A DNA stretch of 64,000 nt from Eledone cirrhosa (lineage: Eukaryota), in NCBI GenBank assembly GCA_964016885.1, contig OZ024741.1, positions 69,316,001 through 69,380,000 of the forward strand, given 5' to 3'. Below, one piece after another: positions 1-13,645 of the stretch. Made by a program: the position numbers and the translations under genes. Numbering within the stretch: the first letter of the stretch is position 1; each line of letters opens with the position of its first letter. The notes under the pieces were generated by a model. The model was given only the letters and a program-made list of their open reading frames with translations, did no database searches and was not told the origin of the DNA.

Positions 1-370
1 GAGAGAGAGGGTGGTGTAGGGAACCAGGGAGAGTGAGGAATAGAGAGAGGGGAAAGAGAAACAGGGAATGAGTGAGAGGTAGGTAGGGAGATAGAAATAG
101 AGGGAGAGTGGGGAATAGAGAGGGGGAGAGAGAAATAGAGGGAGGGAGAAAGGGAAAGAGAAATAGAGAGCATTATGTAGAGAGTTGATTGAGAAGAGTT
201 GAAAACATATGTAGGTCTATTCCCTATAGTTCCTAATTTTCTAGCTAAATATTCGATTTTTTCCCTCTTACTCAGTGTGTGTGCACGGCATATATATATA
301 TGTGTGTGCCATATGTGTTATATATATATGTGTGTCATATGTGTGTTATATATATATATATGTGTGTGTG

Positions 371-3300
371 TCATCATCATCATTATCAACGTTTAACGTC
401 CGTGTTCCACGCTTGCATGGGTTTGGACGGGGGAATTCCCACTTGAGGCAAGAGTGATTGTCTTGCTCGCATAGGACTGTCTGGCAGGTTTTCTACAGTT
501 GGATGCCCTTCCTAACACCAACCACATTTACAGTGTGGGACTGGGAGGTTTTTACCGTGTTGCCTACACGGCCACATTACAGCGTGGACTGTGTGTTTTT
601 TTGTCGTGACACCTACACGATCTCATTTTTTTCGGCCTGGATGTTGTGGCACCAACATAACTTTACATAGGAGGGGGTGGTGTTGATGGGGCGTGGGTGG
701 TGGGACGGGGGTGTATTTTGTTAGAGATGCCTACTGGCTGTAGTAGGTTTTACTATTTATTTAGGTAAGGCGGGTCTTCTCTATTACTGAGTACCGCCAA
801 AGGTCTCGGTCCAGTGACATTGTCTTGGAGGGGTGTAAGTGTGTGAGGTCGGAGTTTATCAGCTCGTCCCAGATTTTCTAGATCTGCCTATTCCGTGGCT
901 ACCGTCTATCTTTATTGCCCTGCACTTTGTTATACAGCTATCGACTTTCATGCGCATCACGTGTCCGTACCAACGTAGCCTTCTCTCGAGTAAACAACAT
1001 CTGATCCCTCTTATTTCTAATTTTTTCCTTAGTTCGTTTATGCTTTGCCGTTCACGTATATTACTATTACACATCCAGCGGAGCATGCAAGCTTCGTCCC
1101 TCTCTAGTCTGCGTATATCCTCTGCGCACAATGCCCAGGTCTCACTGCCATGCAACATTGCTGTTCGTATGCAGGCATCATACAACCTGCCTTTCATTAG
1201 GGAGAACCCTTTAGCGGCTAATAGTGGTATAAGCTCTCTGAACTTTTTCCATCCAGTTCTGACTCTAGCTACTGTACTTTCGGAGCACCCTCCCCCACTG
1301 CTGATTTTGTCACCCAGGTAACGGAAGCTGTCCACTATTTCTATAGAGCCCTCTGCGCAATTGAAAGAGTTAGTATTTTGTGGGCACTCGCTGCTACTTA
1401 TTGCACCAGAGCACCGCCCACATGTAAAATCTAAGTTCTTAGTTAGCTTACCTGTGATCCCACTACATCTTTTATGCACCCATACTTTGCATTTGGGACA
1501 TAAAATGGAGTTTCTACCTACGCCTTTCCTACACACTGAGCATGGCCATTTCCCGGAAGCGACCACCGCCTTATTTTCTTTCTTACAAACTAGAACTTTA
1601 GTCTTAGCCAGGTTAATTTTAAGGCCTTTTGATTCTAGGCCGTGCTTCCATGTTTGGAATTTCTTCTCTAGCTCAGCCATTGATTCAGCTATGAGTGTCA
1701 GGTCGTCTGCGTATAGGAGTTCCCATGGGCAGCCGGTCTTGAACTCCTCTGTTATAGCCTGAAGGGCAATAATAAATAGTAGGGGGCTGAGAACAGAGCC
1801 CTGATGGACGCCAACTTTTACGCTAAACTCTTCACTATATTCGTTGTTAATTCTAACCTTGCTGACTGTTTCATTATACATGGCTTGTATAGCTCTCACA
1901 AGCCATTCGTCGACACCTAGTTTTCTAAAGGCCCACCAGATAATGGAACGGGGGACTCTGTCGAAGGCTTTCTCCAAGTCGACAAAAGCTAAGTAGAGGG
2001 GTTTACCTTTAGCTAGGTACTTCTCCTGTAGTTGACGTACAATGAAAAGAGCGTCTGTGGTACTTTTGCCTGACACAGACCCGAACTGCATTTCATCTAG
2101 GTCAATTCTCTCTCTGATTAGTTGCGCTATTACTTTTTCCGTGACCTTCATGACCTGGTCGATTAGTTTAATGCCTCTATAGTTACTCCTATCTAGGGCA
2201 TCTCCTTTACCCTTATAACAGTTAACGATGATACTGCTATGCCAGTCCTTCGGAACAACCCCATTCTGTACGACTTGGTTAACTATCCGGGTGACCAAGG
2301 TGTGTCCCACCGAGCCAGATGCCTTCAGCATCTCAGCAACTATTTCCGAAGGCCCAGCCGCCTTACCCGTCTTCATATCCTTGATTGCCTTGCTTATTAT
2401 ACTACCCTCGACTAACACTGCTGGTCCCTCTATTGGGTCGATGTGGGGGAGACTGTCTTTGTCCCATTTATTCTCCTCATTTAGTAGCCTTTCATAGTGG
2501 CACTTCCAAGCTACCTTCTTATCAGCGTCGGTGATGGCAAGTACGCCGTCATCATTAAGTACACACTTCTCCCCGACAATATCACGGTTTTCCTTGACAC
2601 ATTGCCTAGCAATCCTGAACACCTCACGTTTTTGGTCCTCGCGTTGTAGAACATGCTTGAACTTTCTTTCCTCTGCTTCCCTTCTTGCGAAGTACACTTG
2701 TCTCCTAGCCTCCCTCCTGGCCACTTGATAGTCTTCTCTACTTCCCCCATCCCGCCATACTTTCCAAGCCTGCTTTTTGGCCTTAATTGACCCCTCCACC
2801 CTACTGTTCCACCACCATGTTACTCTCCTCCTGCCTACAGGCCTGCTCCAGCCACAGACTTCGTCTGTCGCCATCAGCAGGTTTGCTTTCAGAAATTCCC
2901 ACTGTCCCTCTATATTGTCCGACTCTAAATGCTCTTCCTTACTGTCGAAAGCATCAAGTAATATGCTTTGAAATTTATTTCTGGCTGTGGGGTCCTTTAG
3001 CTTCCATATTTTTCTCCTGAGGATAGTCCTCTTCTGCTGTCGAGTACGTCTCGTCCTGACTATGAGGTCGCTAATTATCAGTCTATGTTGGGAGGTGCAT
3101 TCTTCATGGGGGAGGGATTTAGTGTTTACAACAGACACTCTGTCACGTCTTCTGGTAAGGATATAATCTACCTGGCTTCTGTGTTCCCCGGATCTATAGG
3201 TGATCAGGTGATTGTCACGTTTTTTGAAGTTAGTGTTACAGATAGTTAGGTTATTTGCGTCACAGAATTCCAGGATTCTGGAGCCTTCCTCATTTCTAGT

Positions 3301-3480
3301 ACCAAACCCATAGCCTCCATGGATTTCGTCGTAGCCGTCACAATGTTGTCCAACGTGACCATTTAGGTCGCCTGCGATAATTATATAGTCACTGTCGGTT
3401 ATTTGGGAGGTAGTGAGCATCAGTGTCTCGTAGAATCTGTCTTTTATAGTGCCGGGCAGTCCGGATTGGGGTGCGTACGC
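371..3480 (-). mobile_element. RTE-clade LINE, 5'-truncated copy (partial APE endonuclease, RT, 3' UTR, (GAT)n tail)
   Basis: ORF 859..3420 has APE motifs (IIAGDLNGHVG, SQVDYIL, SQHRLI) and RT motifs (AFVDLEKAFDRV, GVHQGSVLSPLLF, LLYADDL). Near-identical to 31226..34201 apart from a frameshift near 870. The 5' end breaks into (AT)n at 3481; (ATC)n tail at 371-388. Confidence 0.97.
859..3420 (-). pseudogene. Truncated, frameshifted RTE EN-RT ORF
   Basis: 853 aa; lacks the EN N-terminus, and the C-terminus diverges from the intact copy after HGIGR. Confidence 0.9.
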
Positions 3481-3540
3481 ATATATATATATATATCATC
3501 ATTTAATGTCCATCTTCCATGCTAACATATATGTATTATA

Positions 3541-4682
3541 TACTAGCAGCAGGACCCGGCGTTGCACAGAGTAGGAAACGTGAAATAACAACACGCATAT
3601 GCAAAGATTGAGGAATGTGCTGTGTACTTTTTGAATTCCCTTATTCTCAGGGAATGATTGTCTACTGGAAACATAGAACACCAGCAGGCCGAATCCAGTA
3701 GCAGCAGTGTCAGTGGGCTGATTGTGGAAATCCTGTATGCAAAAGGAGTAAGTAAGTGTTGTGGGCCCGATGTATGTCGTAAATCTGTTCGCGAATTACG
3801 TCACAGATAGGGAACACACGTCAGTCTGAAGGAGTGACGTAGTCAATTGTGTGAAAACCAAGTAGGGATGTATGTTTAAGTAAGGATATTGAGATGACAA
3901 AATCAGCGTGGCAACGCAGCTGCAGCTGAAGGGGGTCATAGTGCAATTACCACAAATGCTAGGTGGCACTGGTTGCACTGCGTTTACACAGCAACAAAGG
4001 TGCGACAAAAGGGGTCACCGCTGAATTAGCACAACTGATGTTTGGTGTACTTGCGCAGGGCGTTCATGCTATAGTGTAGGTGCAACAAAAGGGGTCTTAG
4101 TAGAAGTAGCACAGACGTGAGTTTTACAGTGTCAATAACACGGCAACCTACACAGGGCCTGGATTTGCACATGATGAAAGCATGAAGCGTGAACAGGGCG
4201 GCGACAAAAATTTTAAGGTCCTCCTCATTTCCTCAATCCCCCGAAAATGGTCCTGCTTAAAAGTAAGTGTTGTGTCCTCTGTTAAATAAACCAAATTTTT
4301 AACAAAATATTATACACTACTTATGATGTTTAAGTAGCGTTTATATTGAAAATGAAAATGGCATCTAATGCCCAATGCTAATTCGTAAATTTCCCTAGAA
4401 ACCATTAATGGAATGCGAGGGGACTAACTAATGCGTGCTGCAAATTTCGAGGAAATCGACTGGATTATCTTTAAGTTACGCTTCAAAAAAGCCTAAAAAT
4501 GACTTTAAAATGCGCTTTTTCACCTAATGCAGGTCCTAGGGCAGAAAATGTAAAATTCTTTTTAGCCCATTGCACTTCAGGAGATATAAGTAATGCATGT
4601 GTAAAGTTTGAAAAATTTGGTCGGGTATTTCTCGAGTTTTAGGGATTTACACAGACATCCTCTGTTTTATATATAGAGAGAT
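3541..4682 (+). mobile_element. Non-autonomous Helentron/Helitron-type element (HINE-like)
   Basis: Starts TACTAGC..GACCCGGCGTTGC and ends CACAGAC..TTTTATATATAGAGAGAT; same terminal signature as 25824, 49914 and 55352. Confidence 0.65.
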
Positions 4683-4708
4683 ATGTGTGTGTGTGTATAA
4701 ATCTCTGT

Positions 4709-5290
4709 ATCATCATCATCATCATCATCAGGTTTAGCGTCCGTGTTCCACGCTTGCATGGGTTTGGACGGGGGTTTTCCCACTTGAGGCAAGAGTGGTT
4801 GTCTTGCTCGCATAGGACTGTCTGGCGGGTTTTCTACAGTTGGATGCCCTTCCTAACACCAACCACATTTACAGTGTGGGGCTGGGAGGTTTTTACCGTG
4901 TTGCCTACACGGCCACATTGCAGCGTGGACTGTCTGGCGGGTTTTCTACAGCTGGATGCCCTTCCTAACACCAACCACATTTACAGTGTGGGGCTGGGAG
5001 GTTTTTACCGTGTTGCCTACACGGCCACATTTACAGCGTGGACTGTGTGTTTTTTTGTCGTGACACCTACACGATCTCATTTGTTTCGGCCTGGATGTTG
5101 TGGGACCAACATAACTGTACATTGAAAGGGGCGGTGTGGATGGGGTGGAGGTGGTGGGACGGGGGGGTGTTTTGAAAGAGATGCCTACTGACTGTAGTAG
5201 GTTTTTACTTTGGATTTAGGTAAGGCGGATCTTCTCTATTACTGAGTACCGCCAAAGGTCTCGGTCCAGTGACATTGTCTTGGAGAGGTA
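4709..5290 (-). mobile_element. RTE 3' fragment with ~119-bp tandem duplication in the 3' UTR
   Basis: Matches 371-830; the block ggactgtctggcgggt..cagcgt occurs twice; the same variant is at 61239-61920. Confidence 0.92.
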
Positions 5291-5521
5291 ATATACTCAT
5301 GTATGTATGTACTGGTTTTATTTTATATATTTCTCAGCAACAGAGGAAGAGCCGGTTTCTAACCTATTAATTGTTCAGACTGAGCAACCTATGATCAAAG
5401 GCATTCCAGCCCAAATGTCCCTTTTTTAAGAGACAACGTCTTTCCCTCCTTATTTAAGAAGGTAGTATCTGGTTTGAGGAAGTCTGGTTGTTATTTCTAA
5501 TAGGTTCAGTAATCATATAAA

Positions 5522-5645
5522 GCAGTCATGGGCAAACTGCGGCCTCCAAGCCACATGCGGCCCCCAAGCCACATGCGGCCCCCAAGCCACATGCGGCCCC
5601 CAAGCCACATGCGGCCCCCAAGCCACATGCGGCCCGTTTGGCTAT
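5522..5645 (+). repeat. hAT-like transposon end containing a 19-bp tandem repeat (x5)
   Basis: CAGTCATGGGCAAACTGCGGCC resembles hAT termini and is followed by (CCCAAGCCACATGCGGCCC)n. Confidence 0.55.
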
Positions 5646-6639
5646 CTGAATGCTTACTTACAAAGAGAGAGAGATAGAAAGAGAGAAAGAGATTGAACCC
5701 AGAACCAACTCCTTGCCCACACAGCCTTGCTTACAAAGAGAGAGACATGTCTATCTGTGTGTGTGTTGACACACACACTCACACATAAATTTCATGTTTT
5801 TGTTTTTGTCATCTTTTCTCTTAACCCTTCCTTCTATAGATTTTGGTCTTTTTTTCTTTCTCTCTCTTTATAACATTAACTCCCCCTCCTCCCTATTGAT
5901 TTTCTCCCTTCTTGTCTTCCTCTCTTTCTATATCTTTACTTTATTAGCTTTGTTAATTTATCCACAAGGTTTCACCCCTCCTTTTTTTTCTCCTTCCTTT
6001 TCTTTGCAAATGGCAAAATGACAATGAATGCCAGCTTGACCACACCAAACAGAACCTAACCATGTAGTTTTGTCTGGTTTAATTCTCTGATATATTCTTT
6101 TAATGTTGAAGTCAAAGACTGTACAATATATTCAATATAGAAAATCTCACAATGTCATGAAACGGCCATTGACATTATATAAAAATAATTGAGCAGTATC
6201 TGATAAAAATGAAACTCACTATTAAAGGAAACAGAAAAGGAAGAAGTGAAAAGGAGAAAATAAAAAAGAAGGATCAAATAGATAAAGAAAGGAAGAGGGG
6301 GAGGGACAGTCACTACATTCCAGCCTGAGCAGTGCCTTAGCTGCATCCCGCGGGCAAAATATTAAAAGCGCTACTGTACAGAATGGCCAAAGACACCCGC
6401 TGTAAAAGACACCCCACTTCATGGGTCTTTCTCCACAAATGAGTTGCCGCCTTTCCGATTTTAAGGAGAAAATTAGCAGTGTGGAGAACAAGGACAACAG
6501 AAGCCTCGAGGGAGGTCGGTGCAAAGTGGAAACGGAGCCTGGATTTGTGGTCGAGGTGACAAGGTTAGAGGTGGAGGACAAGTCACTTCACATCATATCT
6601 CAAATTAAGGATAAAGGCAATAACAATAATACAAATAGT

Positions 6640-7020
6640 TCTTTCTAATATTGGCACAGGGGAAAGTCAATTATATTGACCCTAGAAGGATGAAAGGCAA
6701 ATTTGATCTCACCGAGATTTGAACTCTGAATGTAAAGGTCCGTAACTAAATGCTGCAAAGAATTTTGTCTGAAGCTTTAATGATTCTGCCAATCCACCAC
6801 CCACAATATTTGTTTCTGATTTAGGCACAAGGCCAACAATTTGGGGGGAGGGGAAAGTTGATTAAATTGACCCTGGTGTGTTAATAGTACTTTATTTTAT
6901 TGACCCTGAAAGGACAAAAAGTAAAGCTAACCTGGCGGGATTTGAACTCAGAACATAAAGGGACGTAACTCTATGCCAGCCACAAAGCATGTTGTCCAAT
7001 GCTCTACATCTACTGCCTGC
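6640..7020 (-). mobile_element. Two tRNA-derived Meta-type SINEs
   Basis: Reverse complement of GAGTTCAAATC (B box) plus TTTGCCTTTCATCC..GTCAATAAAATAAAGTAC domain. Confidence 0.75.
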
Positions 7021-7552
7021 AATAATACAAACAATACATATAAAACTAAGAATATTATACTGACACCTACCCTCACTACCTCAATGATATATCCCTGGAC
7101 AGTGATGGAGAACGCTCTCTAGTACATGCTGCCTCGGGGTCATAAAAGACAGAATAAAGTGTTGCTTTGGATTATCAATTGCATTCTTCCATTGCAGTAC
7201 TTTTCTCTTTTGCACCACATTCTCTCTCTCTGATATTTGGTGGAATTAACCCTTTAGTATTTATTTCACATGAGTATCTCATGAGATTTTGATGGTATTT
7301 ATTTTGAGAACAATACCTTGACATAAGTATGAATGGCCAGTTATGGCTGGTTTGAACAGTAAGAGGTGAGAGAATTCTGGAAAACCTGTCTACACTAACT
7401 CTATTACAGGTAAAATTCATTTTTGACAGTGGAGTGAACTGGAGCAAAGTGAAATAAAGTGTCTTGCTCAAGAACAATCACCACCAGGAATTGAACTCAT
7501 GAATTTATGATTCTGCGCTGAACAGCCTAACAACTAGGCCATACATCTTCCT

Positions 7553-7948
7553 CACTACCACTACCAGTACTATCACCACCACTACCAGTACTATCACCAC
7601 CACTACCATTACCAATTCTGTCTTCTCTGTCAGGACCAGCAGTAGTATAAATACTAAAAATACCACTACAGCTACCTTTGTCAACATCTCAAACCCCTCA
7701 ATCATCACCACTACCACCACAACCATCCTCACCACCACTACTGCTATCACCAGCACTATCTCTATCACCACCACCACTATTGCTATGACCAACACTACCC
7801 CTATCACCACCAACACCACCGCTGCTTCAACCTACCCCTATCACCACCATCACCACTACTGCTTCGACCAGCACTACCACCACCACCACCACCTCCACTA
7901 TCACCACCACCATCACCACCACCATCACAACCACCACCACCATCATCA
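7553..7948. repeat. Degenerate (CAC/CAT)n low-complexity tract
   Basis: Direct reading. Confidence 0.9.
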
Positions 7949-8230
7949 CTGATCTCTTGTCAAATTTTGCGCTATTTCCTATTTCTCCTGAGAGCCTTCA
8001 GCTTTAAAGATTTGCAGGTTTTTGTGTTTACTGTAAATGAGTGAGAATTGTAGGAGAATGTTTGCATGTTTCTATGTATGTGTTTAGGTGAGGTGTGCTT
8101 AGAGATTGATATATGGTTTAGGTATGTGGCTGTGTGGGGGAAGGGGGAGAGAATGTGGAAAGCAAAAGAAAGAAAAAATGAGAATGGGAAGGGAGAGAGA
8201 GAGAGTGGGGTGTCAAAAGTTTCTCTCTCT

Positions 8231-8601
8231 GTATATGTGTGTATATATATATATGTGTGTGTATATATGTATATACATGTGTGTATATATATATACATGT
8301 ATATGTGTATATATATATGTTTGTGTGTGTGTGTGTATATGTATATATAATGTGTGTATATATATGTATATGTGTGTATATATATATGTGATGTGTGTGT
8401 GTATATATGTGTATATGTTTGTATATATATATATGTATATATATATTTATTTATATATTTATTTATATATGTATATATTTATTTATATATGTATATATTT
8501 ATTTATATATGTATATATATATTTATTTATATATGTATATATATATTTATATATATGTATATATATATTTATTTATGTATATATATATTTATTTATGTAT
8601 A

Positions 8602-8640
<39 letters not shown>
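8231..8640. repeat. (TA)n/(TG)n compound microsatellite
   Basis: Direct reading. Confidence 0.95.
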
Positions 8641-8644
<4 letters not shown>

Positions 8645-8721
8645 ACCCACTCTACTACCCTAAGTATTGAGTACTCTGGTGCGTTATTGTCCATCTAGTT
8701 CCTTACCCCAATTCCTTCGTT
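8641..8721 (+). mobile_element. Solo tail of the 21.1/36.9/56.1 kb fold-back family
   Basis: TATTACCCACTCTACTACCC..CCTTCGTT matches 56186-56266; (TA)n on both sides. Confidence 0.85.
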
Positions 8722-8905
8722 ATATATATATAGATGATGATGATTATATATATATATATATATACAGGGGAAAGGATGGTAGTGCATGTGTATGTGAGAG
8801 TGGGGTAGCTGTGTGAATAAGGAGAGAAAAAGAAATTGTGTATGATGGAGGGAAATTCCAGCATTAGCGAAATAGGTGAGAAAAGTGTGTGTATGAGATA
8901 GATAG

Positions 8906-8938
<33 letters not shown>

Positions 8939-9439
8939 AAAACAAGAAGCATAATATTGTGCATCTGGGAATACATCTGTTTGAGTGTGTGTCAGATAAT
9001 TATTCTGTATGAGTGAGTGTTTGTGTAGCCTAGATACATATATATGTGTGTGTGTGTATACACATGAGTGTATGTGTATTACTGCTTGGAGGTGGGCAAT
9101 CAGACAGTCAGGCAGGCTGACAGGTAGACAGACAGGCAGACAGGATTGCCAACCACCTTAAGTTCATTTACAACAGATGACTAACAAATCTGATATAAAG
9201 CATCTGGCAAATGTTTGGAAATGACTCATCAATATAGGGTTCTGATATCTGTGTGATTGCTGTCTAAGGCACAGGTGTGTGTTTGTGTGTACTTGGAATT
9301 TAATGTTTCATGTAGGAACACTGCCATGCATTCTTCTAACTTGTGGAATTGGAAATATTTGTTTTGAAGAATCTCATTAATTTGATCACGTTGAGAATTG
9401 GCATTAAATTGGGGGGGGGGGGGGGGATTCTGGTTAGAA

Positions 9440-9870
9440 TTAGTTTCCAGTGGATGCTTTCCAGTATTGCTGGAGCATCGGGCAACGTGATTTGTGGCGT
9501 TCAGTTACATCCCTTTCCGGTCTGAGTTCAAATCCTGCCGAGTTTAGCTTTGCCTTTCATCCTTACAGAGTCGATAAAATAAAGTACCAGTAATGCACTG
9601 GGGTCAAAATTGTTGGCCTTCCTTGTGCCTAAATCAGAAACCAATATTTAGTGTCAGGAGGAGGGATGGATTAGCAGAATTGGTAGAGCATCTAATAAAA
9701 TGCCATTATGGTATTTGTTCTGGTTCTTTACATTCTAGGTTCAAATACAACTGAGGTCATATTTGCCTTTCATCCATCCAGGATTGATAAAATAAAATAC
9801 CAGTCAAGTACTGGGGTTGATTTAATCAACTTTGCCCTTCCACCAAAATTTGGTGCCTAAATTAGACATT
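9440..9870 (+). mobile_element. Two Meta-type SINEs
   Basis: GAGTTCAAATCC..TTTGCCTTTCATCC..GATAAAATAAAGTACCAG motif, twice. Confidence 0.8.
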
Positions 9871-9871
9871 A

Positions 9872-10217
9872 ATCATCATCATCATCATCATCATTTTACG
9901 TCCGCTTTTCCCTGCTTGCAAGGGTGGGACGGGAACTGATTCTGGCTTGATTTCTACAGCTGGATGCCCTTCCTAACACCAACCTCATTACAGTGAGTGC
10001 TGGGTGCTTTTTTTTCCGTGGCACCTCCATGACCACTTTGCAGTGGAACGATAGGAACCCCAGTCCCTATCATCTCATTTCTACAGCTGAGTAAACTGGA
10101 GCAATGTGAAATAAAGTGTCTTGCTCAAGGAAACAACACATCACCCGGTGTGAGAATTGAACTCACAACCTTTCGATTGCAAGGCTAATGCTCTAAACCA
10201 CTAAGCCATGTGCCTCC
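9872..10217 (-). mobile_element. tRNA-derived CORE-type SINE with RTE-like 3' tail
   Basis: A box TGGCTTAGTGG, B box GAGTTCAATTC, CORE-like CCTTGAGCAAGACACTT..CTCAGCTGTAGAAATG, tail GCGGACGTAAAA(TGA)n. Confidence 0.9.
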
Positions 10218-11149
10218 ATAAATATTAATATTTAGTGGTAATAGAATAATAAAGAAAATGACTTAAAATGACTTGTGTTTTAAGTTCAAATCCTACCACT
10301 ATCAACTTTGCTTTGTACCTATCAAGGTCAATAAAATAAGTACCAGTAATACGAGTGGTGGCTGAAAAGTTCATTGGCTGACTATGAAGGATTAATGCTA
10401 GAGCTGTGAGATCTTGCATGCATTAATTTCAACTCTTCTTATTAATAACTGCATTGTTTCTTTCCAGGGATTGTTGAAAAATAATCCTCATTTGGTCATT
10501 CAATGAGAGTATCTTGGTCAGCCTATAAACTTTACAACTGACCCTCATACATCAGTATTGAGATATTTAACTTGATTCTCCGGTGTATCAAATGTAGTAT
10601 AGGGTGGGGTGGACTGTCAGCATTAATAGCATTTGTATCCTTCCAAAGTTGACTCTGTGTTTCATTTAATGCAGGGTTGATATAATCTGCAGGCCTGGTC
10701 CTGTAACTCCCGAGGGAGTCATAGGGTCACCATATTAACGTACAACGTTTCTAGGGCATTTTTAAACCTGGCGGAGCCCAATGCTCTCCAGGTCTGATTA
10801 CAGCAGATTTCTTTCAGAGAAGGGTAGGGAGTGAGGGAATGGAAGCAAGAAAGAGATATAGAGGAAGAATTGACCCCAGTACTTGACTGGTATGTTTTTT
10901 ATCGACCTCGAATGGATGAAAAGAAAGTTAACCTCAGCAAGATTTGAACTCAGATAGCCAAAACGAATACCACAAAGCATTCTCTACATAACATTCTATC
11001 ACTGTCACAACTCTGCCAATTTGCTTCCATAAAATTAAAACCATCAATCATAATTTCAGTTTATAAATATTTGTTAATTAATTTCCTAAATATTAGCTTA
11101 CTAATGAAAGACTTAGCTATATTTGATAAAATTCCTCCTAATTTTTAGT

Positions 11150-12940
11150 TCTTCTTCATCCACTTATTCCTGAGAGTGCTGTTGGAGCAGAATCCTCAAA
11201 CACTCCTTCCAGCTGATCCTGTCAAGAGCAACCATCTCCAGTTGATCTGGCTGGAACCCTAAGCAAGACCAGCCAAGTTCATGGATGTTATCCAACCATC
11301 TTGCTTGGGATCTACTCCTGGGTCTCTTGCTGGTTGGTTTTACCCATAAAATCTGTCCAGCAATTCTTTCCTAAGACATTCTAACCACATGCTCAGAATA
11401 TCAGAGCTGTGATCTCTCAATTCAGAGAAGTAGCTGCTCTACCCGGAGTGACTCTCTGATCTCCAAGCTACAAATCTGTTCAGTGATTCTTTCCTAAGAC
11501 ATTCTAACCACATGCTCAGAGTATCGGAGCTGTGATCTCTCAATTCAGAGAAGTAGCTGCTCTACCCGGAGTGACTCTCTGATCTCCAAGCTACAAATCT
11601 GTTCAGTGATTCTTTCCTAAGACATTCTAACCACATGCTCAGAGTATCGGAGCTGTGATCTCTCAATTCAGAAAAGTAGCTGCTCTACCCGGAGTGACTC
11701 TCTGATCTCCAAGCTACAAATCTGTTCAGTGATTCTTTCCTAAGACATTCTAACCACATGCTCAGAGTATCAGAGCTGTGATCTCTCAATTCAGAGAAGT
11801 AGCTGCTCTACCCGGAGTGACTCTCTGATCTCCAAGCTACAAATCTGTTCAGTGATTCTTTCCTAAGACATTCTAACCACATGCTCAGAGTATCAGAGCT
11901 GTGATCTCTCAATTCAGAGAAGTAGCTGCTCTACCCGGAGTGACTCTCTGATCTCCAAGCTACAAATCTGTTCAGTGATTCTTTCCTAAGACATTCTAAC
12001 CACATGCTCAGAGTATCAGAGCTGTGATCTCTCAATTCAGAGAAGTAGCTGCTCTACCCGGAGTGACTCTCTGATCTCCAAGCTACAAATCTGTTCAGTG
12101 ATTCTTTCCTAAGACATTCTAACCACATGCTCAGAGTATCAGAGCTGTGATCTCTCAATTCAGAGAAGTAGCTGCTCTACCCGGAGTGACTCTCTGATCT
12201 CCAAGCTACAAATCTGTTCAGTGATTCTTTCCTAAGACATTCTAACCACATGCTCAGAGTATCAGAGCTGTGATCTCTCAATTCAGAGAAGTAGCTGCTC
12301 TACCCGGAGTGACTCTCTGATCTCCAAGCTACAAATCTGTTCAGTGATTCTTTCCTAAGACATTCTAACCACATGCTCAGAGTATCAGAGCTGTGATCTC
12401 TCAATTCAGAGAAGTAGCTGCTCTACCCGGAGTGACTCTCTGATCTCCAAGCTACAAATCTGTTCAGTGATTCTTTCCTAAGACATTCTAACCACATGCT
12501 CAGAGTATCAGAGCTGTGATCTCTCAATTCAGAGAAGTAGCTGCTCTACCCGGAGTGACTCTCTGATCTCCAAGCTACAAATCTGTTCAGTGATTCTTTC
12601 CTAAGACATTCTAACCACATGCTCAGAGTATCAGAGCTGTGATCTCTCAATTCAGAGAAGTAGCTGCTCTACCCGGAGTGACTCTCTGATCTCCAAGCTA
12701 CAAATCTGTTCAGTGATTCTTTCCTAAGACATTCTAACCACATGCTCAGAGTATCAGAGCTGTGATCTCTCAATTCAGAGAAGTAGCTGCTCTATCCGGA
12801 GTGACTCTCTGATCTCCAAGCTACAAATCTGTTCAGTGATTCTTTCCTAAGACATTCTAACCACATGCTCAGAGTATTGGAACTGTGATCTCTTAATTCG
12901 GAGAAGTAACAGCTCTTTGATCTCCGAGTTACGCACTTTA
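11150..12940 (-). mobile_element. Degenerate 3' fragment of a second RTE lineage, hosting the 123-bp array
   Basis: Minus strand translates ..EQLLL*IERSQL*YSEHVVRMS*ERIAGQILWVKPTSKRPRSRSQARWLDNI.., an RTE C-terminal LRWxGHVxRM / RPRxRW region; a homologous piece lies at 44066-44210. Confidence 0.75.
11364..12910. repeat. 123-bp tandem array, ~12.5 near-identical units
   Basis: CTAAGAC recurs at 11371, 11494, 11617 ... 12847 (period 123). Confidence 0.97.
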
Positions 12941-13192
12941 AATTAATTGAAACCCATAGGCAGAGTGTTTCATTAGAAATAAGGTAATGGAAGGGTTAAG
13001 TCTATGAAACTGCTCTGCATTATGTCTGTTTGATATATTTCTCAATGTTAACATGTAGCTATAGAGGGATTCTTCAGATACTTTAGACACACACACTTGT
13101 CAGAGTTTTGCTCATAAATCTTGTAGTGTTGCAACAGAGTATGACTGTTGCTTATTAATAGCAACAAGTGAAGTGGAAACTTATATAGCTTT

Positions 13193-13645
13193 ACCACCAC
13201 CACCACGACCACCTCCTCCTCCTCCACATCATCATCATCATCATCGTCATCATCATCGTCATCGTCATCGTCATCGTCATCATCGTCATCATCACCACCA
13301 CCACCATTCCTCACTCCCCACTCAACATCATCACCACCACCATTATCATTCCTCACTCCCCCCTCATCACCATCACCATCATTATCATCCTCCCTCCTTC
13401 CTCAACATCATCATCATCATTATCATCCTCCCTCCTTCCTCAACATCATCATCATCATCATCATCACCATTGTCATCATCATCACCATCATTATCACTCC
13501 CCTCTCCCTCCTCAACATCAGTGTTTACATCTTCATCACTCACCACCACCACCACCATCATTCCTCACTCCCTCCTCAATACCGCCGCCACCACCACCAC
13601 CATCATTCCTCACTCCCTCCTCAATACCACCACCACCATCATTCC
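13193..13645. repeat. (CAT/CAC/CGT)n trinucleotide tract
   Basis: Direct reading. Confidence 0.9.

Noticed and set aside
839-3020. ORFs antisense to RTE (also 31318-34011 and 37658-38468)
   Set aside because: Shadow frames of the RT ORF, repeated only because the element is repeated.
6222-6648. 119-aa and 75-aa ORFs in unique-looking DNA
   Set aside because: No recognisable domain or convincing splice structure.
11364-12910. CRISPR-like or coding-repeat interpretation of the 123-bp array
   Set aside because: No unique spacers, eukaryotic context, and stops in the LINE frame.
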